Shown here piece by piece: positions 28,292 through 41,533 of a DNA stretch of 64,000 nucleotides; the first letter of the stretch is position 1; each line of letters begins with the position of its first letter. The stretch is taken from the NCBI RefSeq assembly GCF_006345805.1, contig NC_043009.1, forward strand, positions 3,906,001-3,970,000, written 5' to 3'. A program made the position numbers and the translations under genes. This DNA is from Octopus sinensis (lineage: Eukaryota). The notes under the pieces were generated by a model. The model was not told the DNA's origin. It ran no database searches and saw only the letters and a program-made list of their open reading frames with translations.

Positions 28292-29549
28292 TCATCCCAT
28301 AAGTAATGTCCGGATTTTAGATATTGAAAACAAGTGATCAAATCTTACATTTAAATGAAACTTAATCAGCAATATTACTTCTATGTTTATCTATGACATC
28401 TTTCCATCTACTCGAAAGCTTTTCAATTCCATTAGTTAAAAACTCTTTTGGTTTTAACGAGAAGAACTCTGGAAGGTCAGTTTCGACTTCCCCAGGTGTT
28501 TTGAGAGTTAATCCAAATAATTATGTAAGCTACGGAAGAAATGGTAATCTGAAGGAGCAAGTTCTGGGGAATAAGGCAGGTGAGCAATTTTCTTCCAGCC
28601 AAGTTCCTCGATCTTCGGTGGCTTGATCATTGCAATCTGGGGTCTCGCATTCTCCTGTTGAAACACCACTCCCTTTCGATTCACTAAAGCAGGCCTTTTT
28701 TTCTTCTTCACAGCTGTGCTCAAACACTCTAATTGCTGAGAGTAGATGTCAGCATTGATTGTTGCATTAGTTGGTAGCAACTCAAAATGGGTGACTCCTT
28801 TGCAATCCTAGCAAAGAGGGAGAAGAACCTTTTTTTCGCATGGAGTTCCATTTTCGATTGTTACTGGGCCTGTTCCTCTTCCTCAAGCCAATGTCTGCGA
28901 TATTTAACGGTTTGATAAAAGATCCATTTTTCATCACCAGTCACCAGTTTGTCCAAAAAGGTCAAGATGAGTTTACGAGAACGAACAGAAGAATAGATAT
29001 CCACTCAGGATTTGTGGCTAGCTTCAGACAAATTATGAGGCACGCAATTTCCGAGTTTTGGGACCTTTCTAAGCTGCTGAAGATATTGCTTGCTTCTCAA
29101 TTCTTCAACTGAAACTGCATATTTTTTTCAAGTTCTGCCAAAAAGAGGTTGTCATCAAACTCAACTGGATATCTTGTTCAGGCCTCATCTTCAAGGCCGA
29201 AATCTCCACTTCTGGATTTTCAAAATCATCTTCTACAAGTTCTTTCTTTCAGGCACTCGTCTCCATAAGCTCCATCATTATTTTGAGTCACTTCATCTGC
29301 AGAGTTACCATTTTTAAACTTGTAAAGCATTATGTAACTCAAATGCTCATTAGACACTTCCATGCTTAAAGAACTATAATTAGTGAAAATTCAATTAGGT
29401 TATCCTGCAAAATAAAGTTTAATTAGTTTACATATGTCCCAAAAATACATATAAATATTACTTGATGATATTAGACATTCTAAAATACTGTTAAAGCATT
29501 TACAAATTGAAAATATAGAAGTCCGGACATTACTTATGGTATGTCCTGA
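28287..29549 (-). mobile_element. Mariner (DD34D) transposon, near full length, decayed transposase
   Basis: TIRs TCAGATCATCCCATAAGTAATGTCCGGA and TCCGGACATTACTTATGGTATGTCCTGA, flanked by TA. Minus-strand VTGDEKW (28924-28944) and YSPELAPSDYHFFRSL motifs; frameshifts and stops. Confidence 0.93.
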
Positions 29550-29643
29550 TATATATATATAGTTGGAATATACAAAAAAGACGAAGACGGATGTGTAAGC
29601 AACAAACAGATGTATTAGTTTAACGCTCGGGAAATGAGAAAGT

Positions 29644-29679
29644 CTCTTACGTTTCGAGCCTACGCTCTTCAACAGAGAG
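29644..29679 (-). ncRNA. Hammerhead-like motif, A6U variant (family 3)
   Basis: CTCT-CTGTTGA-A-GAGC(gtag)GCTC-GAAA-CG-TA-AGAG. Confidence 0.6.
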
Positions 29680-29790
29680 GAACACAGTAATAAGCTGAAA
29701 GAGAAAATAAAATATATGTATATATAAATGTATAGGTATACACACACACACACATACACATATGTATATGTATATAATATATATAATATA

Positions 29791-29943
<153 letters not shown>

Positions 29944-30037
29944 GAGGTGTATTCTATTAAGGACGTAATAGGGCCAGTTGGATGTGATAGCAAGAAATCA
30001 AACATCAAATATTTACTTACGGAGAAACAGATTTTAT

Positions 30038-30149
30038 ATCACCTGAAGAGATACAACTAGGCCCTATTATACAGGTAAACCCTCAGTTAATTAAAATTTA
30101 AATCCTGTATATATATCCATCTATGTTTTAACGAAACATGTGTAGTGGT
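30038..30149 (+). ncRNA. Hammerhead-like motif with ~83-nt stem II insert
   Basis: ATCAC-CTGAAGA...GAAA-CATGTG-TA-GTGGT; 5-bp stem I; inner TATACAGG/CCTGTATA helix. Confidence 0.5.
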
Positions 30150-30397
30150 CATTAAAATGCTGCCGAATTGTATCTCATCTTACTTTTGTCTATTTATTCT
30201 TTCAGTTATATATATATATATATATACCGGAGTAAACACATAAATGTAAAACAAGGTGGAAAAAAGAGTACTCAAATACCAGTGGTAGAGTAATATATAT
30301 ATATATATATATATATAGTTAAAAGTTATAGAAAAACAATGACGAAGACAGGTGTAGGAACAACAAGCAAGTGTATTACTTGACGCCTAGGAAATAT

Positions 30398-30433
30398 CTT
30401 TCACGTTTCGAATCTACGCTCTTCGACAGAAAG
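30398..30433 (-). ncRNA. Degenerate hammerhead-like motif, A6U variant (family 3)
   Basis: CTTT-CTGTCGA-A-GAGC(gtag)ATTC-GAAA-CG-TG-AAAG. Confidence 0.4.
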
Positions 30434-30504
30434 GAATAAGAGGAAATACATAGAGAGATTATGAAAAAAAACGTGTTGAGCTCAGTGGTCCAACAAGACG
30501 AATA

Positions 30505-30545
<41 letters not shown>

Positions 30546-30577
30546 GTATATATTTATGGATAAATCCACATGTATAT

Positions 30578-30613
<36 letters not shown>

Positions 30614-32013
30614 GTGTGTATATGTATGTATATACACACACGTATATATAGATACACATGCATATGTATTTATGTACATATTTGTGTGAATGTATATACA
30701 TATGCATGTATATATGTATCTAAGCACATATTTAGTACATATATAACTGACAAAACGAGAAAGAAATCTCGCTTGTTCTTATGCGTTGGGGCAGACGCTA
30801 AAGTAATTGTAAAACATGAAATTCAAAACGTTCGGCTTTATACTACAACATGAAGGAACTAAATAGAATCGCATTTGCATCAACAAACAAACGCATATTA
30901 ATACAAACATGTCTTCATATTACAAGACAAACGTAAATATGGCGGATTCCAAAGCAAATATTTTTTCAATCGAAATGGCAGGATCGTAATTGTGGAATAT
31001 AAATAAGAGAAACATAGAATATTTAAGAACAAAAGCCGTTATGGAGTAAACAATATTTAGTTAGTAAACAGTATTTATAAATGAGAGAAGCGATGGCTGG
31101 TACAATCAGTAGGTCGACACACGAAATAACTTGTTGAATCGCCGTATGGCTAAGAATTACAATTAGCAACCACAGAGTGCAGGTTTCGATCTCATTGTGG
31201 TGGACCTTTGGCAAGTAGCTTTTGATCTACGTCTATAGAACGAAATCGGGTTGAGAGAAATCGCGAGAAAGTCATTCGAATGATAATTACCACTCACCCC
31301 TCACTGCTGTTTAGGCCCCTGTATTAACCTTCATCGAGCTAAACCATAATCAAAGGCTTTCCAACCGTGACTATCCCATCTTATTTTTTTTATAAGAACA
31401 TATTATAACAACACCACATTGTCGAGTGTGTACTTATTTGGGGCATGTGTTGTGAAGTTGATTTGGTAGCAATTTGTTACAGGTTGACCAACGACTGTCA
31501 TAGAGTCACTCTTTTTTGTAATTCGCTGAATCCTCCGGTGCGATTTGCAGAGCAGAGTCCAGTTATGGTCCTGTGAATTGTAAGGATGTATTCGTTGAAA
31601 GTCTCGTTCAAGAAGAAACGACAAATGCTGTCTCTTTCATTTCCTCCCGTTAGGGACAGATGCATTGCTAAAGTTCATAAGCAAAGCTATAAGATGTTAA
31701 ACCACTTTACGCTTTGGTACCTAATCCTGATGATGTCAATTTTTCAGTTAGGAATATGATAGAAGGGTAAATGTTACACAACGACCAAGAATATATGTGC
31801 TGTGTATACATACGAACATGTATATGCGTGTGTGTATGTGTGTGTATGTGTGTGCAAGAGTTTGTATATATGTATATAATTAAAGAGTGACACGGAAAAT
31901 GGAAGATATGAGAATCTGTATTGATCAATGCAATCGTTTCTCCCCATCTAGCTTCGATCTTTCGCAGATGGGATACTGCAGAACTGGTCTAGGTGTATTC
32001 GTCAGTGTAGATG

Positions 32014-32117
32014 TCACCTGAGGAGGCACATCTACTCCGAGGGCTATACCTAAACCAGTTCTACAGTATCTCACACTCGATGGTTCGATGCTAGATGGGT
32101 CGAAATGATCGTAGTGA
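32014..32117 (+). ncRNA. Hammerhead motif with 10-bp stem II closing a ~57-nt loop
   Basis: TCAC-CTGAGGA-GGCACATCTA...TAGATGGGTC-GAAA-TGATCG-TA-GTGA; 9 of 10 stem II positions pair. Confidence 0.65.
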
Positions 32118-32352
32118 AAATGAAGATCCACTTATCTTTCATCTCCCCTCTCTCTTATCAATTACCCAACAAACACTAAGCCAGTGAACGTCCGTAACCA
32201 GCAAACTACCAGGTGTATACCATACGATTTGTGAACTACTATGTATGTATATGTGTACTTTATGTATATGTATATGTATGTATATATATATAATATATAT
32301 ATATATATTTATGAATACAATAGACACACACATATATATAAATATTATATAT

Positions 32353-32394
<42 letters not shown>

Positions 32395-33066
32395 GAAGAG
32401 AGAGAGAGAGATACGTGTGTGTGTGTGTGTGTGACTTTGGTGTCTTACAAAATCTAACTAGGAGCAACGTTACGTTGACCGTCATTCGAGAGTCAGGTAT
32501 TAATAAATTAAACTCCGTTGATGAACTGGAAATTGGTTAATCGACTAGAACTGTTGTCTGCTAGTGATATGGCCTCGTGCTAATGAGAGAAAAATCAGCT
32601 TTCACTGTGAAAATGGATTCGTTCTAAACGGGAACTACAAGGGGTTCTTTGAATATCTCAGAATATTTTGCATTGTTCTTCTTTGTTATGGATTCTGATT
32701 TGAAATCCTGGTATAAAAATATAAAATCTAAAACAAAAAAATCGAAAGTTAAAGAATTCGATTTCAAAAACATTCCAATTTGAAAATCCAAACTTTCATT
32801 AGTCTGTGATCGATGAAGTAAGTATCAAGCATGACCTGGCATCAATTCAATCAAATCCAATCAGATGAAATCGAATATTATCCTCTCTTCCAAAATTTTC
32901 AATTTCTCATATGAAAACGGAGTGGAAAAATCAATATTTACAATTAAGTTGACGAGCGCCAAAGAGCAAGTTGTAATTTCTCGAGAAATCGAGATCGTAA
33001 AAATGGATCAATCAACATTTGATGGTAATTCATTCGACTTACGCTGCTAATCACTGGTGGGAAAAA

Positions 33067-33380
33067 TAGTATTAACGTCAAAGGATCTAATTTCTAGCTC
33101 TTAAGGCACAAGTCTTGAAGGGATCCGGTGTTTGGATCAAACTGTCAGAAAGAGCAGCAAAATTTCCTTCAAACCTCACACTTCTAAGAAAAAAAAAATA
33201 ATAATAATTTGTATGAGGTGTAGTATTAACGTCAAAGCATCTAATTACTGTGCCTTAAAGAACAGGTCTTTAAGGGCTCCAGTGTTTCAAGCAAACTGCC
33301 AGAAACAACAGCAACATTTCCTTCAAAACCACACTCTGGCACTAATAAAAGGAGAGAAAAATAAGCAATTTGTTTGAGGC
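33067..33380 (+). repeat. Diverged tandem duplication, 2 x ~155 bp
   Basis: Both units begin TAGTATTAACGTCAAAG.ATCTAATT and share ATTTCCTTCAAA. Confidence 0.75.
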
Positions 33381-34295
33381 ATTATGGGGTTACGATATTC
33401 GTTGAAGTAAGACTGGACGCTAACGGCTTTAAAATCAAATACTGCTCAAGCAGAAGATCTGAAAATTAAACAATCACAATATGATGCCTTGTACTTCGAT
33501 AAATAGGAGCGGTTGGTTTGCTAATTTTGATTGAAAATACAAACCAACATGGCAGCCTTTATATGCTTACTGAATCTCCAAGAACATATAACGAATTCTT
33601 CATCAAATAATACTACCCAGTTTTAAAAACGGGAATAGCTGCAATATTAGATACTAAAGTCTTTGATAGCCTGAAAAGGAGAGGGCGTTCTAGGCCGGAA
33701 TGCATTTGATTAATGCTGGATCGAGGTTGATTTGGAGCGAGCTAATTAGCAAAAACAGAATAATAAATGAATAAAAAAGAAACGAAAACAAACAAATAAG
33801 AGAGCTATGAATATATAGAATGGATGAAAAAGATTCGGCGTCAGGTATCCCTTGTTAATGACATTAATGAGAAGCAAAGTGACTAATTTACCGTTTCATT
33901 ACAGCTTCGTCAGGAAAGTCAAAGCAGCGACAATGACACCTTTTATTAGTGTCACTCAGATCGATAGCAGTAAGGGAGATCGTTATTCTGAAGCTGGGTA
34001 ACCTGGCCGGAATGCCTGCAACAGAATGAGCTCTGCTATAAAAACCCAAGCGTATCCTGGTGCTGGAGTTAAACCGCCTCAAGGATTATGTCTAAGACCC
34101 AAGAACATAAAATGCAAACAAGCTGATACACTTTACTGTCCGATGTGGTAACTTTTCCACCATCCCATCATTAATTTTATTGACACTCAAAGTATGATGA
34201 GCCAATTTCATCTCAGGGAGATTAAAACTCTGAGTGCAGTGAGCCAAAACTAAAGTGCAGAGCATTTTGTAACGCAAATGACTTTGTCGGGTATT

Positions 34296-34685
34296 CTCTT
34301 TTACTCTTTTACATGTTTCAGTCATTTGACTGCGGTCATGCTGGAGCAGCGCCTTTAGTCAAGCAAATCGACCCCGGGACTTATTCTTTGTAAGCCCAGT
34401 ACTTATTCTATCGGTCTCTTTTGCCGAACCGCTAAGTGACGGGGACGTAAACACACCAGCATCGGTTGTCAAGCAATGCTAGGGGGACAAACACAGACAC
34501 ACAAACATACACATATATAATATACATATATACGACAGGATTCTTTCAGTTTCCGTCTCCCAAATCCACTCACAAGGCATTGGTCGGCCCGGGGCTATAG
34601 CAGAAGACACTTGCCCAAGATGCCACGCAGTGGGACTGAACCCAGAACCATGTGGTTGGTTAGCAAGCTACTTACCACACAGCCT
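34296..34685 (-). mobile_element. SINE family A, near full length
   Basis: Reverse complement of the 4232-4678 type. Confidence 0.87.
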
Positions 34686-34853
34686 ATATATCTCTATGAT
34701 GTATTTGATATTTTTTAACCGAGCAAATTACGTGATTGAAACCATGCATTTCTCTCATCACGTACTACAGTGAACAACTGTAAATATACATTATTTACAT
34801 TATTTGCATTATTTACATTTGACGGATATTTGTCCTCATCTTGTTTGTTGCTT

Positions 34854-34897
34854 ACACAACGTTTCGGCTGATATACCCTCCAGCCTTCATCAGGTGT
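34854..34897 (-). ncRNA. Minimal hammerhead, canonical core (family 4)
   Basis: ACAC-CTGATGA-A-GGCTG(gagggtatat)CAGCC-GAAA-CG-TT-GTGT. Confidence 0.75.
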
Positions 34898-34994
34898 CTT
34901 GGGTAAATTTCGAACCTGTGTTCTCATTTCTAAGGCATTTTTATCGATATTATTATTATTACTTTCATTATTATTATTATTACTATTATTATTA

Positions 34995-35038
<44 letters not shown>

Positions 35039-35062
35039 TTATTATTATTATTATTATTATTA

Positions 35063-35139
35063 TGCAGGTTACTGCCTGGAATCGAACTCGGAATCTTGGG
35101 GTTACTAGCCTGCGCTCTTAACCACTACACCATATGCTC
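35063..35139 (-). promoter_or_regulatory. tRNA-derived Pol III internal promoter (SINE head)
   Basis: A box TGGTGTAGTGG (35132-35122) and B box GAGTTCGATTCC (35089-35078); no intact acceptor stem. Confidence 0.7.
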
Positions 35140-35287
35140 ACGGGCAGTGACATGAATAATATAAATAATAATAATAATAACAACAACAACAACAACAACA
35201 ATAATAATAATAATAATAACAACAACAACAACAACAACATCGAAAATACCTTAGAAATGAGAACCGAGGGTCGAAATTTCCCCCAGG

Positions 35288-35331
35288 ACACCTGATGAAG
35301 ACTGGAGGGTATATCAACCGAAACGTTGTGT
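35288..35331 (+). ncRNA. Minimal hammerhead (family 4) with stem II mismatches
   Basis: ACAC-CTGATGA-A-GACTG(gagggtatat)CAACC-GAAA-CG-TT-GTGT. Confidence 0.6.
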
Positions 35332-36020
35332 TAACAACAAACATGATGAGGACAAATATCCGTCAAATGTAAATAACGTACATAATTCCTCCTCTCTTAA
35401 ATATAGAACTTAACTATAAATATATTGTACAATATTGGTACAAATTTGGAACAAGGCGAGCAAGTTCAAGAAGTAGATAAGTCGATTACATCGATCCAAG
35501 TACTCAGCTGGTTCTTATTTCATCGACCCCGAAAGTTGACTTCAACGCAATTTGAACTGAGAACGTAAAGACAAACGAAACGCTGCTAAGCTTTTTGCTC
35601 GGCATGCTAACATATAATGTACAATATTTGTACTTTAAAAAAAGAGGGTTTCTAACATACCAGCAACTCATAAATTTGTGTTCAAAGTTGCACTGATTAA
35701 AAATCAATACCGGCAAGTTGCTAAAATTATGTTATGGTCGCAAAAATAATTAAAGTTAAGTCAACTGCGATAGTATTTGAACTGAGAACATGAACAGACA
35801 TAGCAAATAGCGTCAAATATATGTAATCTATTCTTTCTTAGTCACAGTGCTTCAAAGGGATTTAACAAAATTCAATTAACTTTAACGAAGAAAGAATTTA
35901 TAAAGTATTCAGGGATTAGACAGTGTTACGTAAAAATTAGGGAAATGGTGAGGATGTTATACGATATACAGGTTAAACATTTATTAAACCATGAATAATA
36001 TGATATTATATAGAGCCCAC

Positions 36021-36442
36021 GGATCTTTTCGGTTTGAACGGCAGTTTTTAACATAATTTCTAGGTAACTAAAAAAATTTAAACTTCATATACTGGTAGAA
36101 TGTGTTTATAAAACATATTTTTCTCTTGGCTTTATTGAGAAAATTCTATAGTTTGTAAGATATTTGTTGTGTTTTTTTCTTCAATTTCTGCAATTTCAAC
36201 CAATCCATTGAGGTAAAACACATTCTGTGCCGTATGAATATGTCCCTCGTTTAAGAAACAGATTGGGTTTATTTACATTTGTTAAGAAAAAAGATACCAT
36301 CCCCCCACCCCTAACCCTAACCCTAACTTACCCTAACCCTAAAACAGATTGAATTGCAATAGATCGATACTAGGGTCATAATTATGGGTGACAATTTCAT
36401 ATGACACCGCTAAAAAAAATGCCATTCAAACCGGAAAGATCC
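36021..36442. mobile_element. 422-bp MITE with 8-bp TSD (Merlin- or hAT-type) carrying telomeric repeats
   Basis: TIRs GGATCTTTTCGGTTTGAACGGC and GCCATTCAAACCGGAAAGATCC; exact TSD GAGCCCAC at 36013-36020 and 36443-36450; (CCCTAA)n at 36309-36342. Confidence 0.92.
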
Positions 36443-37145
36443 GAGCCCACTATTATGGAAGCAAGATCTAGTTTAAATTTCTAACACCTAAAAATCATTT
36501 AGAATTATCTGCTGACACAAATGGGTAATCTCTGACGAGATTGTGCGGGGCACATCTCAACTCTATCATTCGCGATTCCTCGTACTAATTTCTGATGCAC
36601 CGTTTAGCATTTTTAAAATAGTAAAATATCATACTAGCCAACATCCTATCTCTTTTCCTTATAAATTTCTCAGAAAACTCCCGTGAGAAATTTATGAATA
36701 TTCTGTTCTTCCGCATGTTAATATTTCTTTTCTTCCGAAAATGCTTCGCCTATGAAAATTTAGGATGCTTTGCCATACATGTCTACTGTGGCCTCACTTT
36801 TATAAATCCCATAATGTTTTCCTGGAGAGGTGAGTTTCCTAACATTTGTTTTCTCTCTTAAATTAGATTTCTCTCAATTAACCACTTGAATTTTCAGCAA
36901 CGGCTATTTATTGTAGACCTCAAGCATGTTTCTTACGCTTTACAAGACGACGAGAGAAATTCCTACGGGCAAAGCGAGGGTGACTGGAACCTTGATACCA
37001 AGGTCGGGTATGTCGTGAGTTCCTTCTCTATTTTTTAATATCTATGAATGATGTTGTTCTTGAAAGTAGCTTTTGTTCCTCATGATGTAACCTACACTTT
37101 CAAAACCCTTACAGTTTTGCAGGTTTTCTGAAAATATAGATAGTC

Positions 37146-37491
37146 TTTTCTACTCTAGGCAAAAGGCCTGAAATTTCTGGGGAGGAAGTCAGTCGATTAG
37201 ATCGATCCCAGTACGCAACGGCCCCGAAACGATGAAAAGCAAAGTTGACCTCGGCGGAATTTGAACTCAGAACGTAAAGACAGACGAAATACCTATTTCT
37301 TTACTACCCACAGAGAGGACAAACAAAGACAGACAAACGGATTAAGTCGATTATATCGACCCCAGTGCGTAACTGGTACTTATTTAATCGATCCCGAAAG
37401 GATGAAAGGCAAAGTCGACCTCGGTGGAATTTGAACTCAGAACGTAGCGGCAGACGAAATACGGCTAATGATTCTGCAAGCTCGCCGCCTT
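37146..37491 (-). mobile_element. SINE family B (2 modules)
   Basis: Homologous to 58236-58621. Confidence 0.85.
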
Positions 37492-38472
37492 GTGAAAACA
37501 GATATTAGTCAAGCTACGGCTCGCGATCAGAGTACTGGCCGAAGGTACCACGCGTTGTGATACATCCCAGAGTTGCGAAAGGAACTTCTTCACTACACCG
37601 ATATTTCTGCCAATGTTTTCTCTATAAAAAGTTTGCTGGCATTACACCTAGTTTCGCCACATAGGAGAATATATCTTGATCTGTGAGAATTGAAGGTTTC
37701 ATATATATGAAATTTTTGGAGACTCCGACTTCGCCATATTTCAGAGAATACCAAAATCATAATACTGTGAGTCATGCATATTCTTACAGACCGAAATTTC
37801 AAGAAATCGAGTAATTGATTGGATCATATACCAATAACAGAAATGTCTTTTAATAGATGACTCACTTCCAAAAGATGGGGGCTTAATGAAGATAAACAAA
37901 AATATTCAAATATAGAAAACTGCCAGTAAGAATAAGCAAAATCTAACTATATAAATACAAAAGGAGGAGACCCCACATAATAATAGGTACATTTTGAATG
38001 TTTAAAAACCAGATGTAGAAAGTGATGTTAGAAAAACATAGAGACTTGCAAATGGATAGAATATAGGGAAAATAACGCTGATATGCACTTTCGCATATTT
38101 TAAAGAGAATGCTGAACCTAAAATAGGAAAAACACAGAAACAAGACAAAACAGTGCAAGTTCTCAAACCACAAACAACTATAATAATGTGACAGCTAAAA
38201 TAATAATCTATTATCTTTTACCGTTTATTCTTTTCACTCATTGGAATGCACATATACAAGAGCACTCCTTTGAAGGGATCTGAAGGGGTTTGAAGGGGTT
38301 TTATCGACTAAATCGACCCCGGTACTTATTTTTAAATCTCCTTCTTACTCTTAAGCACAATTTTACCAAATGTGTCAGTTATGATGACATACAAGAAAAG
38401 ATCTAAAACCGGTTGCCAAGGGGGGTAAACACAAATACATGCACAAATACTCTAACATATGTATATATACAT

Positions 38473-38526
<54 letters not shown>

Positions 38527-38534
38527 TATATATA

Positions 38535-38601
<67 letters not shown>

Positions 38602-38639
38602 ATATATATATATATACGTACATTCTTTTATTGCTTTAT

Positions 38640-39052
38640 TTCTTTTACTTATTTCAGTCATTTGACTTCGGCCATGCTGGAGCACCGCCTTTAGTCGAAA
38701 AAATCGACCCCCAGGAATTATACTTTGTAAGCCTAGTATTTATTCTAACGGTCTCTTAGACCGAACAACTAAGTTACGAGGAGGTATACACACCGCCATC
38801 GGTTGCCAAGCGATGGTGGGGGAACAAACACAGACACAAACACGTACATATACACACATATATGCATATTTACATATATATATATATATATACAACGAGT
38901 TTCTTTCAGTTTCCGTCTACCAAATCCACTCACAAAGCTTTGGTTGGCCCGACGCTAAAGTAGACGACACTTGCTCAAGGTTCCACGCAGTGGGACTGAA
39001 CCTGGAACCATGTGGTTGGCAAGCAGGCTACTTACCACACAGCCATTCCTAT
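38640..39052 (-). mobile_element. SINE family A, full length
   Basis: Reverse complement of the 4232-4678 type. Confidence 0.85.
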
Positions 39053-39142
39053 ATAAAAAGACAAAGAGAGAGAAAGAAATTTAGACAGAGAGACCGAAAA
39101 TTAGTTAGCAAGCTAGTTAGGTAGATAGATAGATAGATAGAT

Positions 39143-39245
<103 letters not shown>

Positions 39246-39790
39246 CGACGAACTTTCACACGGTTTCCTGAAATTACTTGGTAGCAAAGCGAGCTTGTTA
39301 ATTACAAAAGCCATGATTGCGTCTTTACAAAGTAATAAAAACAAAAAAACAGGTAGGATATTAATCTTCTGTCAATTTGTTTATATGTGTTCGTGTTGCT
39401 AGGTGAGGTACCCACGATCAGAATCATTCTAGACATGACTATCACGTTTTTGAAATATGGTTTACGTCAGACTTCGTCATCCTATATCTTAGTCCTGTGT
39501 GATTTGAGATACATGTGTCTACAGATTGTAGGAGAGTCTGCTACCATTTTTCTGGATACCACACAGTGTTGTGCACAATGAATAACTAAACATCTCTCTG
39601 CAAGACGTTATATTAGTACATGTTTGTAATAAGATATTCGCTTAATTACCTATGTAAACACACATTAGTTCTCATATTAATGAAGTCAGATACGACTTTC
39701 GATTTGTGAAATAGGGTAATACATAACTAAAACGGTAAACGAACAATTTCTTCAAGCTCTTCGTAGAGCTAAAACCACCATGTTTCCAGA

Positions 39791-39861
39791 TTCCAGGATG
39801 AATTCCAGGATGAATTCCCTAGGTAATTCCAGGATGATTCCAGGATGAATTCCCTAGGTAA
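39791..39861 (+). repeat. Short minisatellite of TTCCAGGATGAA / TTCCCTAGGTAA 12-mers
   Basis: Pattern A-A-B-A-A-B of two related 12-mers. Confidence 0.85.
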
Positions 39862-40904
39862 GAAACCACATCTAGAAGTTCTTTCATTCTTAGATTTATC
39901 TCAATGAGTATTCTGACAATGCGTTGGTGCTACATGTGGATATATCCCCGGCCACTAGATGTGCTCAGAAGTTGCTGAATTTGTTCAGGACATTCTTATA
40001 ATACTGACTGGGAGAATCTCGCATTCTTTACCGGATTTTAGGTCGACAAGACACAATTATATAAAACTTTTTATTACAATCTAGTTATATCATTATTCTC
40101 TGCGGCTCGTTGCACGTGACTTCCTACAAATCTGGGCAACTGCGGACCCAACTAATTACCCGAAACGAACCTGCTAAACTGTTGGTAAACCTACCACCCC
40201 GGGAAGCAGATACCAGTGAGTACAAGAATGGCTAGGAAGAATGTGAAGTGCAGGACTACAGCGATGATGGGTCGGCAATCATTTAACTGTTGATATGTTT
40301 TCACTGTGGGAGACGACACTGTTGAGTGGTTTTCTATTCATGGTAAAGAAATATTGTGCAAGGACCAGGGTTGGTGGGCGAAAACAGATTCAAAAGAATT
40401 GTGACATGTTTGATAGGAAATAGGCAGTCAGAATTGAGGGAATTTTAACAATTTTAGAGAGATAATAACTCTGAGATGGAGGGGAGAGAGATATGATAAG
40501 GTTAGACAGATAAGGATTGAAAGTCAACTGGGTGCGATTGAAGAAAGTTGCTTCAATTTGAGGTTGTCAAAATCATTTCCGCATACAACGTATTTCTACA
40601 CACACACATACACACACACACGCAACACAAAAACACACGCGCGCGCACTTTCAAAAATTAACATGTGTATGGGAAAAGTTGGTGTACGACCCTGTTTATG
40701 GTGCTATCAGACATGGCTTGATCGAAACCTGTCTAGGTTACTATGTTATGTGTATATATATATATATCTGTGTGTAGAGATAGAGATAGAGAGAAAGAGG
40801 TAAGCTGATAGATAGATAGATAGATAGATAGATGGAAAGAGAGATATTTATAAGCAACTGTGCTTGTAAAATGTATCTCTTTTAGCAGTATGGCTTTCTA
40901 AGAC

Positions 40905-40944
<40 letters not shown>

Positions 40945-41324
40945 TGTGCGTGCGTGTGTATTATAAATGCATATGTGTATATAAACACCTTCACATCACT
41001 TAACATGTCTGAGAGTTTGTTTGGTTATATTCAGCAATGGATAATTCATTTTAAATCGTTTAAGTAAACAATCAATTATATAGAAACTGAATAAATAATA
41101 CGCATGTAAGTCTGAGCATGATCTCATGAATAGACACGAACAGACACACGTTCGTACTCACATTGGAACCTAAATACACACACACATGCATGCTTAAACA
41201 CAGGAGCTAATATACTTCCTTTGTTAGAGATACAACGATCACACACATGAATGTGAATGATTAAAAGATGTGAATACACATACGTACATAGACACACACA
41301 CACATATATATATATACACACACA

Positions 41325-41363
<39 letters not shown>

Positions 41364-41428
41364 TATCTATATATACAACACAACCACACACCATATATAT
41401 ATATATAATATATATATACATCTATATG

Positions 41429-41459
<31 letters not shown>

Positions 41460-41489
41460 ATGTGTGTGTGTGTATGTGTGGGGTATATA

Positions 41490-41533
<44 letters not shown>

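Larger units (their letters stand above)
34785..35410. mobile_element. Head-to-head inverted dimer of a tRNA-head + (AAT)n + hammerhead element
   Basis: Arms of about 34785-34950 and 35240-35410 are inverted copies. A tRNA-like head lies on minus at 35063-35139; a remnant of the opposite head (GGCAGTGACATGAATAAT) is at 35143-35160. Confidence 0.75.

Noticed and set aside
33885-33920. Minus-strand CTGACGA...GAAA-CGG-TA hammerhead-like words
   Set aside because: Stems I and II do not pair.
35063-35139. Functional tRNA-Thr(AGT) gene
   Set aside because: Acceptor and anticodon stems do not pair; it is a SINE-type head.
36309-36342. True telomere or chromosome-fusion site
   Set aside because: Only about 5 units, inside a MITE.
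36490-37130. Possible LINE remnant (also 39380-40260)
   Set aside because: No recognisable RT or endonuclease motif could be read; left unassigned.
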